Under the pieces are notes generated by a model. The model did no database searches. It was not told the DNA's origin and saw only the letters and a program-made list of their open reading frames with translations. The position numbers and the translations under genes are program-made. Shown here piece by piece: positions 32,953-39,063 of a stretch of 40,837 bases of DNA (positions within the stretch are counted from its first letter, which is position 1; the number at the start of each line of letters is the position of its first letter). The stretch is taken from the IMG/VR virus record IMGVR_UViG_3300006854_000016. The stretch is one strand, 5' to 3'. This DNA is from a virus.

Positions 32953-33152
32953 AGTGTCACCGCGATCGCATCCGCCACGATCCGCGCGACCTCTTCGCCG
33001 CCGTGCTCGATCGCGAGCGCCTGCCACTCGAAGGCGAACGGCTCGGTCGTGGGAGACGGCCAGTGGTTGAAGATCGTCAGCATGAGCGCGCGCGCACGCT
33101 CCGGTGGGATGCCGATCCGCTGCATCCGGTCGGACATCTCGACCGGCGTCAT
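32949..33152 (-). CDS. Hypothetical protein
   Basis: 67 aa; ATGA overlap at 33149-33152. Confidence 0.45.
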   Translation of the reverse strand: MTPVEMSDRMQRIGIPPERARALMLTIFNHWPSPTTEPFAFEWQALAIEHGGEEVARIVADAIAVTL

Positions 33153-33553
33153 CCGCGAAACCGGCGAACCGTCTCCGCGATCGAGCAGACGGCAATCTCC
33201 TTGAAGTCGAGCGGCCCGATCCGGTCGCGCACTCGGGGAAGCCACGGCCGCACGACGAGGAGTGTCACTCCTCGGCGGTGCGCCGCGCGGAGTTCCGAGC
33301 CCACGCCGGCCGAGAAGGTGCCGTCGCGGAAGGGCATCGCGACCACGCTCGCGGCGTGGGAGGCGATGAGGTCGAAGAGGTCCATCCCCACGAGCGGGCA
33401 GAAGACGTCCGCGGCGTCGCGCATCTCCGGCGCGCCCGGGTTCACGATGTTCGGGGACATGAAGTGCTGGTTGATGACGGCGAGCGCGTCGCGCTCGTCC
33501 TTCCGGCCGTACGTCTCCATGGGGTGAGCGAAGTAGACGTAGTGGCGGGTCAT
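33149..33553 (-). CDS. Nucleoside 2-deoxyribosyltransferase-like fold protein (putative)
   Basis: 134 aa; ATGA overlap at 33550-33553. 'YVYFAHPMETYG' and 'ASVVAMPFRDGTFSAGVGSELRAAHRRGVTLLVV' resemble NDT-like/DUF4406-type motifs (weak, by eye). Confidence 0.35.
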   Translation of the reverse strand: MTRHYVYFAHPMETYGRKDERDALAVINQHFMSPNIVNPGAPEMRDAADVFCPLVGMDLFDLIASHAASVVAMPFRDGTFSAGVGSELRAAHRRGVTLLVVRPWLPRVRDRIGPLDFKEIAVCSIAETVRRFRG

Positions 33554-34536
33554 GACGTGCCCTCAGAAATCGACTCGCCCGACTCGCGAACCCGGTCCTG
33601 CCATCCTTCCTTGAGCGGCGCGAGCTCCATCGGTTTCCCGGAGTCGTCGAGACGGTACCAGGTGTTCGGCTTGATCCCGTCCTCGCCCGGATAGAGAACT
33701 ACCACGCGCTGGCGCTTCGCCTTATCATCCCAGCGCCCGAGAAGGATATAGCCGCGATCGGTCGCGGAGGCGCTGCCGCGGTCCCCGGTCGCGGAGGCGC
33801 TGCCGAGGTACCCGGTCGCGGAGGCGCTGCCGCGGTCCCCGGTCGCGGAGGCGCTGCCGCGGTACCCGGTCGCGGAGGCGCTGCCGAGGTCCCCGGTCGC
33901 GGAGGCGCTGCCGCGGTACCCGGTCGCGGAGGCGCTGCCGCGGTCCCCGGTCGCGGAGGCGCTGCCGCGGTACCCGGTCGCGGAGGCGCTGCCGAGGTCC
34001 CCGGTCGCGGAGGCGCTGCCGAGGTCCCCGGTCGCGGAGGCGCTGCCGAGGTACCCGGTCGCGGAGGCGCTGCCGCGGTCCCCGGTCGCGCCGGTGATCC
34101 CACACACCATCCCCGCCTTCATCCCGGCGTCCGGAAGGTGGCGCATGATGAGCTCGACCGCCTCCTCACGCTTGCCACAGTAGACGACCTCGCCTGCGGG
34201 ATACTTCACTTTTCCGTCGAGGTTCTGGCACTCAGCCGCCTTCACTTTCACCGCGAGCCAGATCGCATCCTCGGCCCAGTTCAGTAGACCGCCGTCGCCG
34301 ATTCCCCACAGGAGCCCGTGCAGGCCGTGGCCGCACTCGCCGTCCTTCCTCCAGTCCGGCGCCGCGACCGGTCCGGAGTTCGGCCAGGTGAAATCGTCGT
34401 GGCTCGTCATGTCCTGGCGGCATGTCCGGAGGACCAGCGCCTCGCCGTCGGCGAGCGTGATTGAAGGAATTACAGCAGTGGATTCACAAGCGGCGGGCAC
34501 ATTGTCATTCTCTTCACAACGCTTCGCATAGCTCAT
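33550..34536 (-). CDS. Nonapeptide-repeat protein (N-terminal Cys/Trp-containing domain + 12 x GSASATG[D/Y][R/L])
   Basis: Start re-called to the ATG at 34536 (AAGGAG-N7-ATG); the track starts at the GTG at 34557. The repeats are read directly. Confidence 0.8.
   Translation of the reverse strand: MSYAKRCEENDNVPAACESTAVIPSITLADGEALVLRTCRQDMTSHDDFTWPNSGPVAAPDWRKDGECGHGLHGLLWGIGDGGLLNWAEDAIWLAVKVKAAECQNLDGKVKYPAGEVVYCGKREEAVELIMRHLPDAGMKAGMVCGITGATGDRGSASATGYLGSASATGDLGSASATGDLGSASATGYRGSASATGDRGSASATGYRGSASATGDLGSASATGYRGSASATGDRGSASATGYLGSASATGDRGSASATDRGYILLGRWDDKAKRQRVVVLYPGEDGIKPNTWYRLDDSGKPMELAPLKEGWQDRVRESGESISEGTS
33760..34083 (-). repeat. 12 head-to-tail 27-bp tandem repeats, in frame within the CDS
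   Basis: Plus-strand unit ggtcgcggaggcgctgcc-g[c/a]ggt[c/a]ccc. 25/27 positions are invariant in all 12 copies. A degenerate 13th copy lies at 34084-34101. Confidence 0.97.
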
Positions 34537-34590
34537 CGTGTTCTCCTTTTCGATCACAAGTACCGCCGCACCCTGCGGCGGTCTGCATCT

Positions 34591-34620
34591 TGTTTACCAT
34601 GCTACCCCCGGGCGCGTCAA
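34591..34620 (-). promoter_or_regulatory. Promoter-like element TTGACG-N18-TAAACA (TG-extended) upstream of the repeat-protein gene
   Basis: Minus strand TTGACGCGCCCGGGGGTAGCATGGTAAACA. The upstream gene's TGA lies inside the -35. The -10 overlaps the 12-mer GTAAACAAGATG. Confidence 0.35.
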
Positions 34621-35192
34621 GTCCTCCGGCGGCGGTCCTCCACCAGGCGGCGGAATCGGGCGGTCCGGACCGGGTCCGGGTCCGGCTCCGAACCACTCCC
34701 GCGGGCGGCGGGCTGGTTCACATGGAACTCCGAAGATATGGATGAAGTACTTATAGGCGATTGGACACGAGGATCAACCCCTAGCGGTGTCAGTGGTGCT
34801 GACACCAAATCGGGGTGGACACGAGCTGGACGCGTCCAACCGGCTGGACGCGATCCGCTGCCCCTCGCGGGCTTCGGGGGCGGCGCATACCGCAGGGTGT
34901 AGACGGCGGGTCGGGATGGGTTCTTGTCCCGCTCGATCGTGATAAACCCGGCGCGCTCGAGGTCCTGGAGGAGCTGATGGACGCGCCCGTGGCTCAGTCC
35001 GATGTCCCGCGCGAGCGCCCGGATGCCCGGCCATGCCCGGGCCGTCTGGCGGTCGCGGTACTGGTCGAGGGCGGCGTACAGCGCGACCGCGGCCATCGGG
35101 ACGAGCCCCTGCCGCATGGCGTTGATGAGCGGGAAGGGGACGTGGGAGAACCGCTGCCGGCCGTCCTCGATCCGGACTCGCTGCTCAGGCAC
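34617..35192 (-). CDS. Winged-HTH protein (HTH_36-like), putative replication initiator/regulator
   Basis: 191 aa; GTG start overlaps the upstream stop (GTGCCTGA). 'MAAVALYAALDQYRDRQTARAWPGIRALARDIGLSHGRVHQLLQDLERAGFITIER'. The C-terminal third is low-complexity and overlaps iteron-like DNA. Confidence 0.55.
   Translation of the reverse strand: MPEQRVRIEDGRQRFSHVPFPLINAMRQGLVPMAAVALYAALDQYRDRQTARAWPGIRALARDIGLSHGRVHQLLQDLERAGFITIERDKNPSRPAVYTLRYAPPPKPARGSGSRPAGWTRPARVHPDLVSAPLTPLGVDPRVQSPISTSSISSEFHVNQPAARGSGSEPDPDPVRTARFRRLVEDRRRRT
34725..34852. other. Putative replication origin: AT-rich patch, perfect 8-bp hairpin and TGGAC-containing direct repeats
   Basis: tggacacgag at 34762-34771 and 34816-34825. 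ctggacgcg at 34826-34834 and 34844-34852. ggtgtcag-tggtg-ctgacacc at 34786-34806. AT-rich 34725-34760. Confidence 0.35.
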
Positions 35193-35376
35193 TCGACAGC
35201 CTCGTCCGGATGTCCCGGAGGTTGCGGTCCGTGAGGAGCTGCCGGCGGCGGGACCGCCACCGCTTGCCGTCCCCCCGGGACGGCTCCAGGAGGGGGACGA
35301 TCCCCATCCCCCGGATGACGCCGTAGAGGTAGGGGCGGCTCAATTTGAGCCGTTTGGAGGCATCTGTCATCGTCAT
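35185..35376 (-). CDS. Small HTH DNA-binding protein (Xis/AlpA-like)
   Basis: 63 aa from the ATG at 35376 (the track ORF starts at 35430, inside the promoter-like element). 'ASKRLKLSRPYLYGVIRGMGIVP'. Confidence 0.45.
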   Translation of the reverse strand: MTMTDASKRLKLSRPYLYGVIRGMGIVPLLEPSRGDGKRWRSRRRQLLTDRNLRDIRTRLSSA

Positions 35377-35419
35377 GGTGCCCGGAGGCGGGGGGGACGG
35401 TCTAAATGCCACGGAGGAC

Positions 35420-35449
35420 ACTGTAAACAAGATGACGGGCCATTGTCAA
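35420..35449 (-). promoter_or_regulatory. Promoter-like element TTGACA-N18-TACAGT at the head of the early gene string
   Basis: Minus strand TTGACAATGGCCCGTCATCTTGTTTACAGT. The upstream gene's TGA lies inside the -35. Contains CATCTTGTTTAC, the inverted copy of the 12-mer at 34586-34597. Confidence 0.4.
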
Positions 35450-35655
35450 GCCGCCCCCGTCCGCCGGACCGCCCGCCCGTCGGTCAGCGGGAGCCCCAGC
35501 CGCCCGAGGTTGTACCGCACCGTCGGCGCGGTCCGCTCCTCCCCAATGAGCTCCATGACCTCGGCCAGGGTCGGCGGGCGACCGTGCTCCGCGGCGAGCT
35601 CGGGGTGGACGTCCCGCAGGCAGGCGACCAGCGAGGCGTCGACGGGGCGGCTCAC
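35446..35655 (-). CDS. LexA-N-terminal-like winged-HTH protein
   Basis: 69 aa; GTGA overlap with the endolysin stop at 35652-35655. 'GRPPTLAEVMELIGEERTAPTVRYNLGRLG' resembles the LexA DNA-binding domain. Confidence 0.45.
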   Translation of the reverse strand: MSRPVDASLVACLRDVHPELAAEHGRPPTLAEVMELIGEERTAPTVRYNLGRLGLPLTDGRAVRRTGAA

Positions 35656-36374
35656 GCGAGGGGCCGGAGGATCTGCCGCAGGCTGGCCTCCGTGCCGGCG
35701 TACCAGTTCACGTCGACCGCGTGGTCGCAGCCGGCGATCCGCTCCTCCCCGTACTGCCAGAACTCCCACTGCGAGAAGGGCGCGGGCATCGCGGGGGGAT
35801 AGGGCCGGTAGTCCGCGACCCAGAGCCGGGCGATGCCCTCCGGCGGGATCCACCCGCCGAGCTGCTCGTCGACCCACGACCGGCCGCAGTAGATCAACGG
35901 CCGCCGGCCCGTGGCGAACTTGACGTGGTTGAGCGCCTGGGAGATCACCTGCCGGCGCTCGTGGAGCGTGAGCCGCGTCCAGTCGTCCCCCGTGCCGTCC
36001 CCGGTGACGTCCTTCCCGCACCACTCCAGATCGAGGACCGGCTGGAGTTGAAGCCCGCCGATCGCGCGCAGGTCCGCGAGGAAGGCGTCCACCTGGCGGG
36101 CGACGTCGGCCAGCGGCCGGAAGAAATGATACCCGCCGCAGCAGAACCCGGCAGCTCGAGCGGCCTCGAAGTTCTCGCGCAAGTCCGGATCCGCGAACGT
36201 CACGCCCTCCCGCGCCTTGATGAAGGCGAACCGGGAGCCGGCGGCGTAGAGGACCGGCCAGTCGATGTCGTCGTCGTGGTTGATGTCGACGCCGTGGACG
36301 GCGCCGATGAAGGGCGGGACGCGAGCCGCCCCGGGGGCGGCGGGTGCCGCGCCCCGGGGGTCGTCAGGAGTCAT
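35652..36374 (-). CDS. GH25-family muramidase (endolysin)
   Basis: 'GVDINHDDDIDW', 'FAFIKAREGVTFADPDLRENFEAARAAGFCCGGYHFFRP' and 'QPVLDLEW' match GH25 lysozyme motifs. Confidence 0.85.
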   Translation of the reverse strand: MTPDDPRGAAPAAPGAARVPPFIGAVHGVDINHDDDIDWPVLYAAGSRFAFIKAREGVTFADPDLRENFEAARAAGFCCGGYHFFRPLADVARQVDAFLADLRAIGGLQLQPVLDLEWCGKDVTGDGTGDDWTRLTLHERRQVISQALNHVKFATGRRPLIYCGRSWVDEQLGGWIPPEGIARLWVADYRPYPPAMPAPFSQWEFWQYGEERIAGCDHAVDVNWYAGTEASLRQILRPLA

Positions 36375-36386
36375 GCGTCGGAAGGG

Positions 36387-36635
36387 TTAGGAGTCCGAAC
36401 CGAACAACGAGACGCGGCCCTTGGTGAGCCACCGCAGCGCGATGTTGATCGCGCCCCACAGGGCGATGACGCCCTCGAGGTTGGCCGCGACGTAGGTCTT
36501 CACCTGGTCGGCGGCGTGCGGGGAGACGAGCGCCGTGATCGCGAGGGCCGCCGGGATGGCCGTGTTCACGATCATCGTCTTGCTCTGGAAGATCGACTTC
36601 GAGCCGGTCGAGGCTGCGGGATCCTGGTCGGGCAT
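36387..36635 (-). CDS. Holin-like protein (2 TM)
   Basis: 82 aa; AAGGAGG RBS. TM segments 'MIVNTAIPAALAITALV' and 'GVIALWGAINIALRWL'. Immediately upstream of the endolysin. Confidence 0.5.
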   Translation of the reverse strand: MPDQDPAASTGSKSIFQSKTMIVNTAIPAALAITALVSPHAADQVKTYVAANLEGVIALWGAINIALRWLTKGRVSLFGSDS

Positions 36636-36645
36636 GGGGTCCTCC

Positions 36646-37107
36646 TTAGCGAGTGTTGGCGGGCGTGTGCCCGAAGGCTTTGCGCGTCTCGACCCAGATG
36701 AACGCGTTCGTCGCGAGCAGGTTGTTCGAGAACGGCGCGGACCCGGAAGCGTCCACGATGTAGAGGTTCATCCCGCCGGTCGGCACCTGGAGATGCCGGG
36801 TGTACTCGACCCCCGACTGCATGGGCAGGAAGTGGCGGAAGGTCCCGAGCGTGGAGCCGTTCGTGCTCCGCGTGAAGCTGAACGCGCCCCCAGGCTGCGC
36901 GGCGCCGTTCGTGCTGTAGGACCAGATCATGCTGAGTTCCGTCTCGCCCGCGGGCAGGGCGATGACCGTGACGTCGTGCGTCACGGCGTAGACGGAGCCG
37001 GAGACGGACAGGGCGTGGTCGAGCTGGACGGGCGTGCTCGTGGTGACGGCCAGCGCCCGGCCGCAGAGGCCGAGCAGCGCGACCGCTGCGATCAGGGTCT
37101 TCTTCAT
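36646..37107 (-). CDS. Secreted hypothetical protein
   Basis: 153 aa; AAGGAG RBS. Signal peptide 'MKKTLIAAVALLGLCGRALA'. Confidence 0.6.
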   Translation of the reverse strand: MKKTLIAAVALLGLCGRALAVTTSTPVQLDHALSVSGSVYAVTHDVTVIALPAGETELSMIWSYSTNGAAQPGGAFSFTRSTNGSTLGTFRHFLPMQSGVEYTRHLQVPTGGMNLYIVDASGSAPFSNNLLATNAFIWVETRKAFGHTPANTR

Positions 37108-37164
37108 TCGTCGTGCTCCTTCGGCCCGAGGGCCGCGTGTGGGTCTGAAAACAATGCCATCATA

Positions 37165-37527
37165 CTACTGCCCGCGGCCGGCCCCGACCGCGACCGACGC
37201 CTCGCCGTTGCCGTGGCTCATCGAGACGCGCCATGCCTTCATGTCGTCGAGCCGCGTCTGGAGTACCGCCAGCGCGAGGGCCTGCTTCGCCTGCTCGTCC
37301 TTCAACGGCTGGACCGCCGCCGTGACGGCCTTCTCGACGATCCCGCTGATCTCGTTCACGCGCCAGGCGTGGACGCGGTCGTAGATCCCGAAGAGGACGA
37401 CCGCCGTGCCGAGGGCGGCCGAGACGGCCGCGGCGATGGTCTTGCGCTCCCGCCGCAGGGCGTCGGCCACGGCAAACCGGATCGCGGGCCGCTCACCGCC
37501 GCCGGGGGGCATCTGGTCGTCGGGCAT
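37165..37527 (-). CDS. Rz-like i-spanin candidate (N-terminal TM + coiled coil)
   Basis: 120 aa from the ATG at 37527 (GGAGGGG RBS); the track ORF is over-extended to 37650. TM 'IAAAVSAALGTAVVLFGIY' followed by a helical 'EQAKQALALAVLQTRLDDMKAW'. Confidence 0.5.
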   Translation of the reverse strand: MPDDQMPPGGGERPAIRFAVADALRRERKTIAAAVSAALGTAVVLFGIYDRVHAWRVNEISGIVEKAVTAAVQPLKDEQAKQALALAVLQTRLDDMKAWRVSMSHGNGEASVAVGAGRGQ

Positions 37528-37637
37528 TACCGTCCCCTCCCGCCCACGCCGACCGGACCGCCGAGGCACATATAGAAACAGAACGCCGTCAGCGCCAACG
37601 CCATCCGGTACAGCCCTACCGCGTCGAGATCGATCAT
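37527..37637 (-). CDS. 36-aa hydrophobic peptide ORF (not in track)
   Basis: ATGA overlap with the lipoprotein stop (37634-37637) and a TAATG junction with the Rz-like start. 'MIDLDAVGLYRMALALTAFCFYMCLGGPVGVGGRGR'. Confidence 0.3.
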   Translation of the reverse strand: MIDLDAVGLYRMALALTAFCFYMCLGGPVGVGGRGR

Positions 37638-37825
37638 CGTTTTCCCACATTCAACGCGATGACGACAGCGAGGATGCCGCCAAACAGCGCCGCCGCGTCC
37701 TGCCCGTCACCGTGTTTCCGCGTCACATGGCCGGTGCCGGTATCAAGGACATCCCCTTGATGCAGGACCAGCGGCCCCGTGGCGCATCCGGCCATCAGCA
37801 GGGCCAGCAGCAGGCAGCGGGTCAC
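37634..37825 (-). CDS. Small lipoprotein with C-terminal TM segment (spanin-like)
   Basis: 63 aa; GTGA overlap at 37822-37825. Lipobox 'LLMAG|C'. C-terminal 'AAALFGGILAVVIALNV'. Confidence 0.55.
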   Translation of the reverse strand: MTRCLLLALLMAGCATGPLVLHQGDVLDTGTGHVTRKHGDGQDAAALFGGILAVVIALNVGKR

Positions 37826-39063
37826 AATGTACTCGCCGTGCGAACCGATCCGTCCACAACAGAGAGCGGGGCCGCGTAGAAGATGACGCGGTAGACGTGG
37901 CCGCGCAGCGGGCTACCGCCGCTCCCGACGGCTCCAAACGTCGTATTGGCCGTCGAACCATCCGGCATCGCGCAGACCGTATCGGTTGCACCAACTTGCT
38001 TGCCGCTGCTAAATGCTTTCGTCAGGTTGGTCGTGTAAGACTGCCCAAGGGCCAATCTCGTCCCTACTACAAATGTTGCGCCCGCGATATTCCACTGGGC
38101 CGAAGCGGTAGTGCCCGCCATTCCGGACACGCCAGTGGTGGCCGTCATGGAGTTGTGTACGCCCTGCGTGATACCGCCCCCTGATCCCGTAGTGATCGTA
38201 TATTGTGCCCCCCCGCTGACAAAGTTCACGTCCGAAATTGTGAACAGCGATCCGGGGTACATCACGTTTCCTGCCGATACGAGCGTCAGGGCATCGCGGT
38301 TCCTCGTGACCACGCCACCACCCGTGATGATGGCCGACGTGGAGGTTACCCCAGCCTCATCCTGACAGAGGCACACGTCAACGGCATCGCCGCTCGTCAC
38401 GATCCGAATGGCAAAGCGCGGGTCTTTGGCTGTGATGTTTTGCAGCCCAAGCACTTGCATCCACGATCCCGTGACGGTGAGTGTGAGCCACATGCTTCCG
38501 TCGCGGGTAATCGTCATGTCGATATTCCCCGTTCCAGTGATCCGGCGAATCCAGAGAGACTGCGACCGAGCCGCGTTCGACGATGTAATGTCCGCGTAGA
38601 TGGTCGCGTTCGCGCTGGTGGCCGTCAGGCGGGTTGCGTTGTTCGCCACGCCGTCCGGTCCAGTAGACGTGAACGCCGCCGTCATGTTCGTAGCAATCCA
38701 TGGGGTGCCGCTCAACTTGTCGTTGTTTTGTAGATCATTCGTGGCAGCAGGCTCCATGATGATCCCATTCGCCTCGATCCCCACTTCCCCGGAGATTCCT
38801 CGCACGAGTAGTCCTGTGGTTGGATTGACATATGTTCTACCCGTCGTGCGCGTGAACGTCGCCACGCCCGACCCGCGTGCGGCGTCCGGCGTCAGCGTGG
38901 CGTTCGGCGTGATGACGTAGGTGACGTAATCCTTTTCGTCGTCGTCGAGTGACGCCGCGTATCCACCGAACGAGGTTGCCTTCATGCCGAGACATGGGGC
39001 GCTTCCGGTGAACGCGAATGCGGGTCCAGCAGCGAATAGGATCGCCGCGAGAATACGACGCAT
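37822..39063 (-). CDS. Tail fibre / receptor-binding-type protein (jelly-roll glycan-binding-like domain) with signal-like N-terminus
   Basis: 413 aa. 'ATFTRTTGRTYVNPTTGLL...EPAATNDLQNNDKLSGTPWIATNMTA...GPDGVANNATRL' and 'QDEAGVTSTSAIITGGGVVTRNRDALTL' match a recurrent phage fibre module pattern. GC is lower than the flanks. Confidence 0.55.
   Translation of the reverse strand: MRRILAAILFAAGPAFAFTGSAPCLGMKATSFGGYAASLDDDEKDYVTYVITPNATLTPDAARGSGVATFTRTTGRTYVNPTTGLLVRGISGEVGIEANGIIMEPAATNDLQNNDKLSGTPWIATNMTAAFTSTGPDGVANNATRLTATSANATIYADITSSNAARSQSLWIRRITGTGNIDMTITRDGSMWLTLTVTGSWMQVLGLQNITAKDPRFAIRIVTSGDAVDVCLCQDEAGVTSTSAIITGGGVVTRNRDALTLVSAGNVMYPGSLFTISDVNFVSGGAQYTITTGSGGGITQGVHNSMTATTGVSGMAGTTASAQWNIAGATFVVGTRLALGQSYTTNLTKAFSSGKQVGATDTVCAMPDGSTANTTFGAVGSGGSPLRGHVYRVIFYAAPLSVVDGSVRTASTL

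Noticed and set aside
24252-33195. Long N-terminal extensions of several minus-strand track ORFs (24252..24782, 24497..25618, 25183..25515, 25398..25877, 28139..29893, 30681..31292, 30863..31228, 31171..33195, 32949..33245)
   Set aside because: The extensions are Arg/Gly/Pro-rich, overlap the well-supported upstream gene, and end exactly where an ATGA/GTGA-coupled start or an SD-preceded ATG begins the motif-bearing part. Starts were re-called accordingly.
33760-34083. CRISPR array
   Set aside because: The units abut directly with no spacers. The period is 27 bp, in frame within a CDS. No cas genes or leader are present.
33699-34105. Two extra minus-strand ORFs across the repeat array (134 aa 'PGTAAAPPR...' and 126 aa 'RQRLRDRGP...')
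   Set aside because: They are the same 27-bp repeats read in the other two frames. Only the GSASATG[D/Y][R/L] frame is continuous with non-repetitive N- and C-terminal domains and a strong RBS.
34586-35434. Invertible DNA switch bounded by the inverted 12-mers
   Set aside because: No invertase or recombinase gene is present. Inversion would place both HTH genes antisense to every other gene. Operator sites overlapping the -10 elements are the simpler reading.
37165-37527. Embedded Rz1-type o-spanin in an alternate frame of the Rz-like gene
   Set aside because: Hand translation of the +1 frame gives a Pro/Ser-rich ORF (VSGPRSGLPWPTPCGG...), but the Cys is not preceded by a lipobox or signal sequence. 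The +2 frame has early stops.
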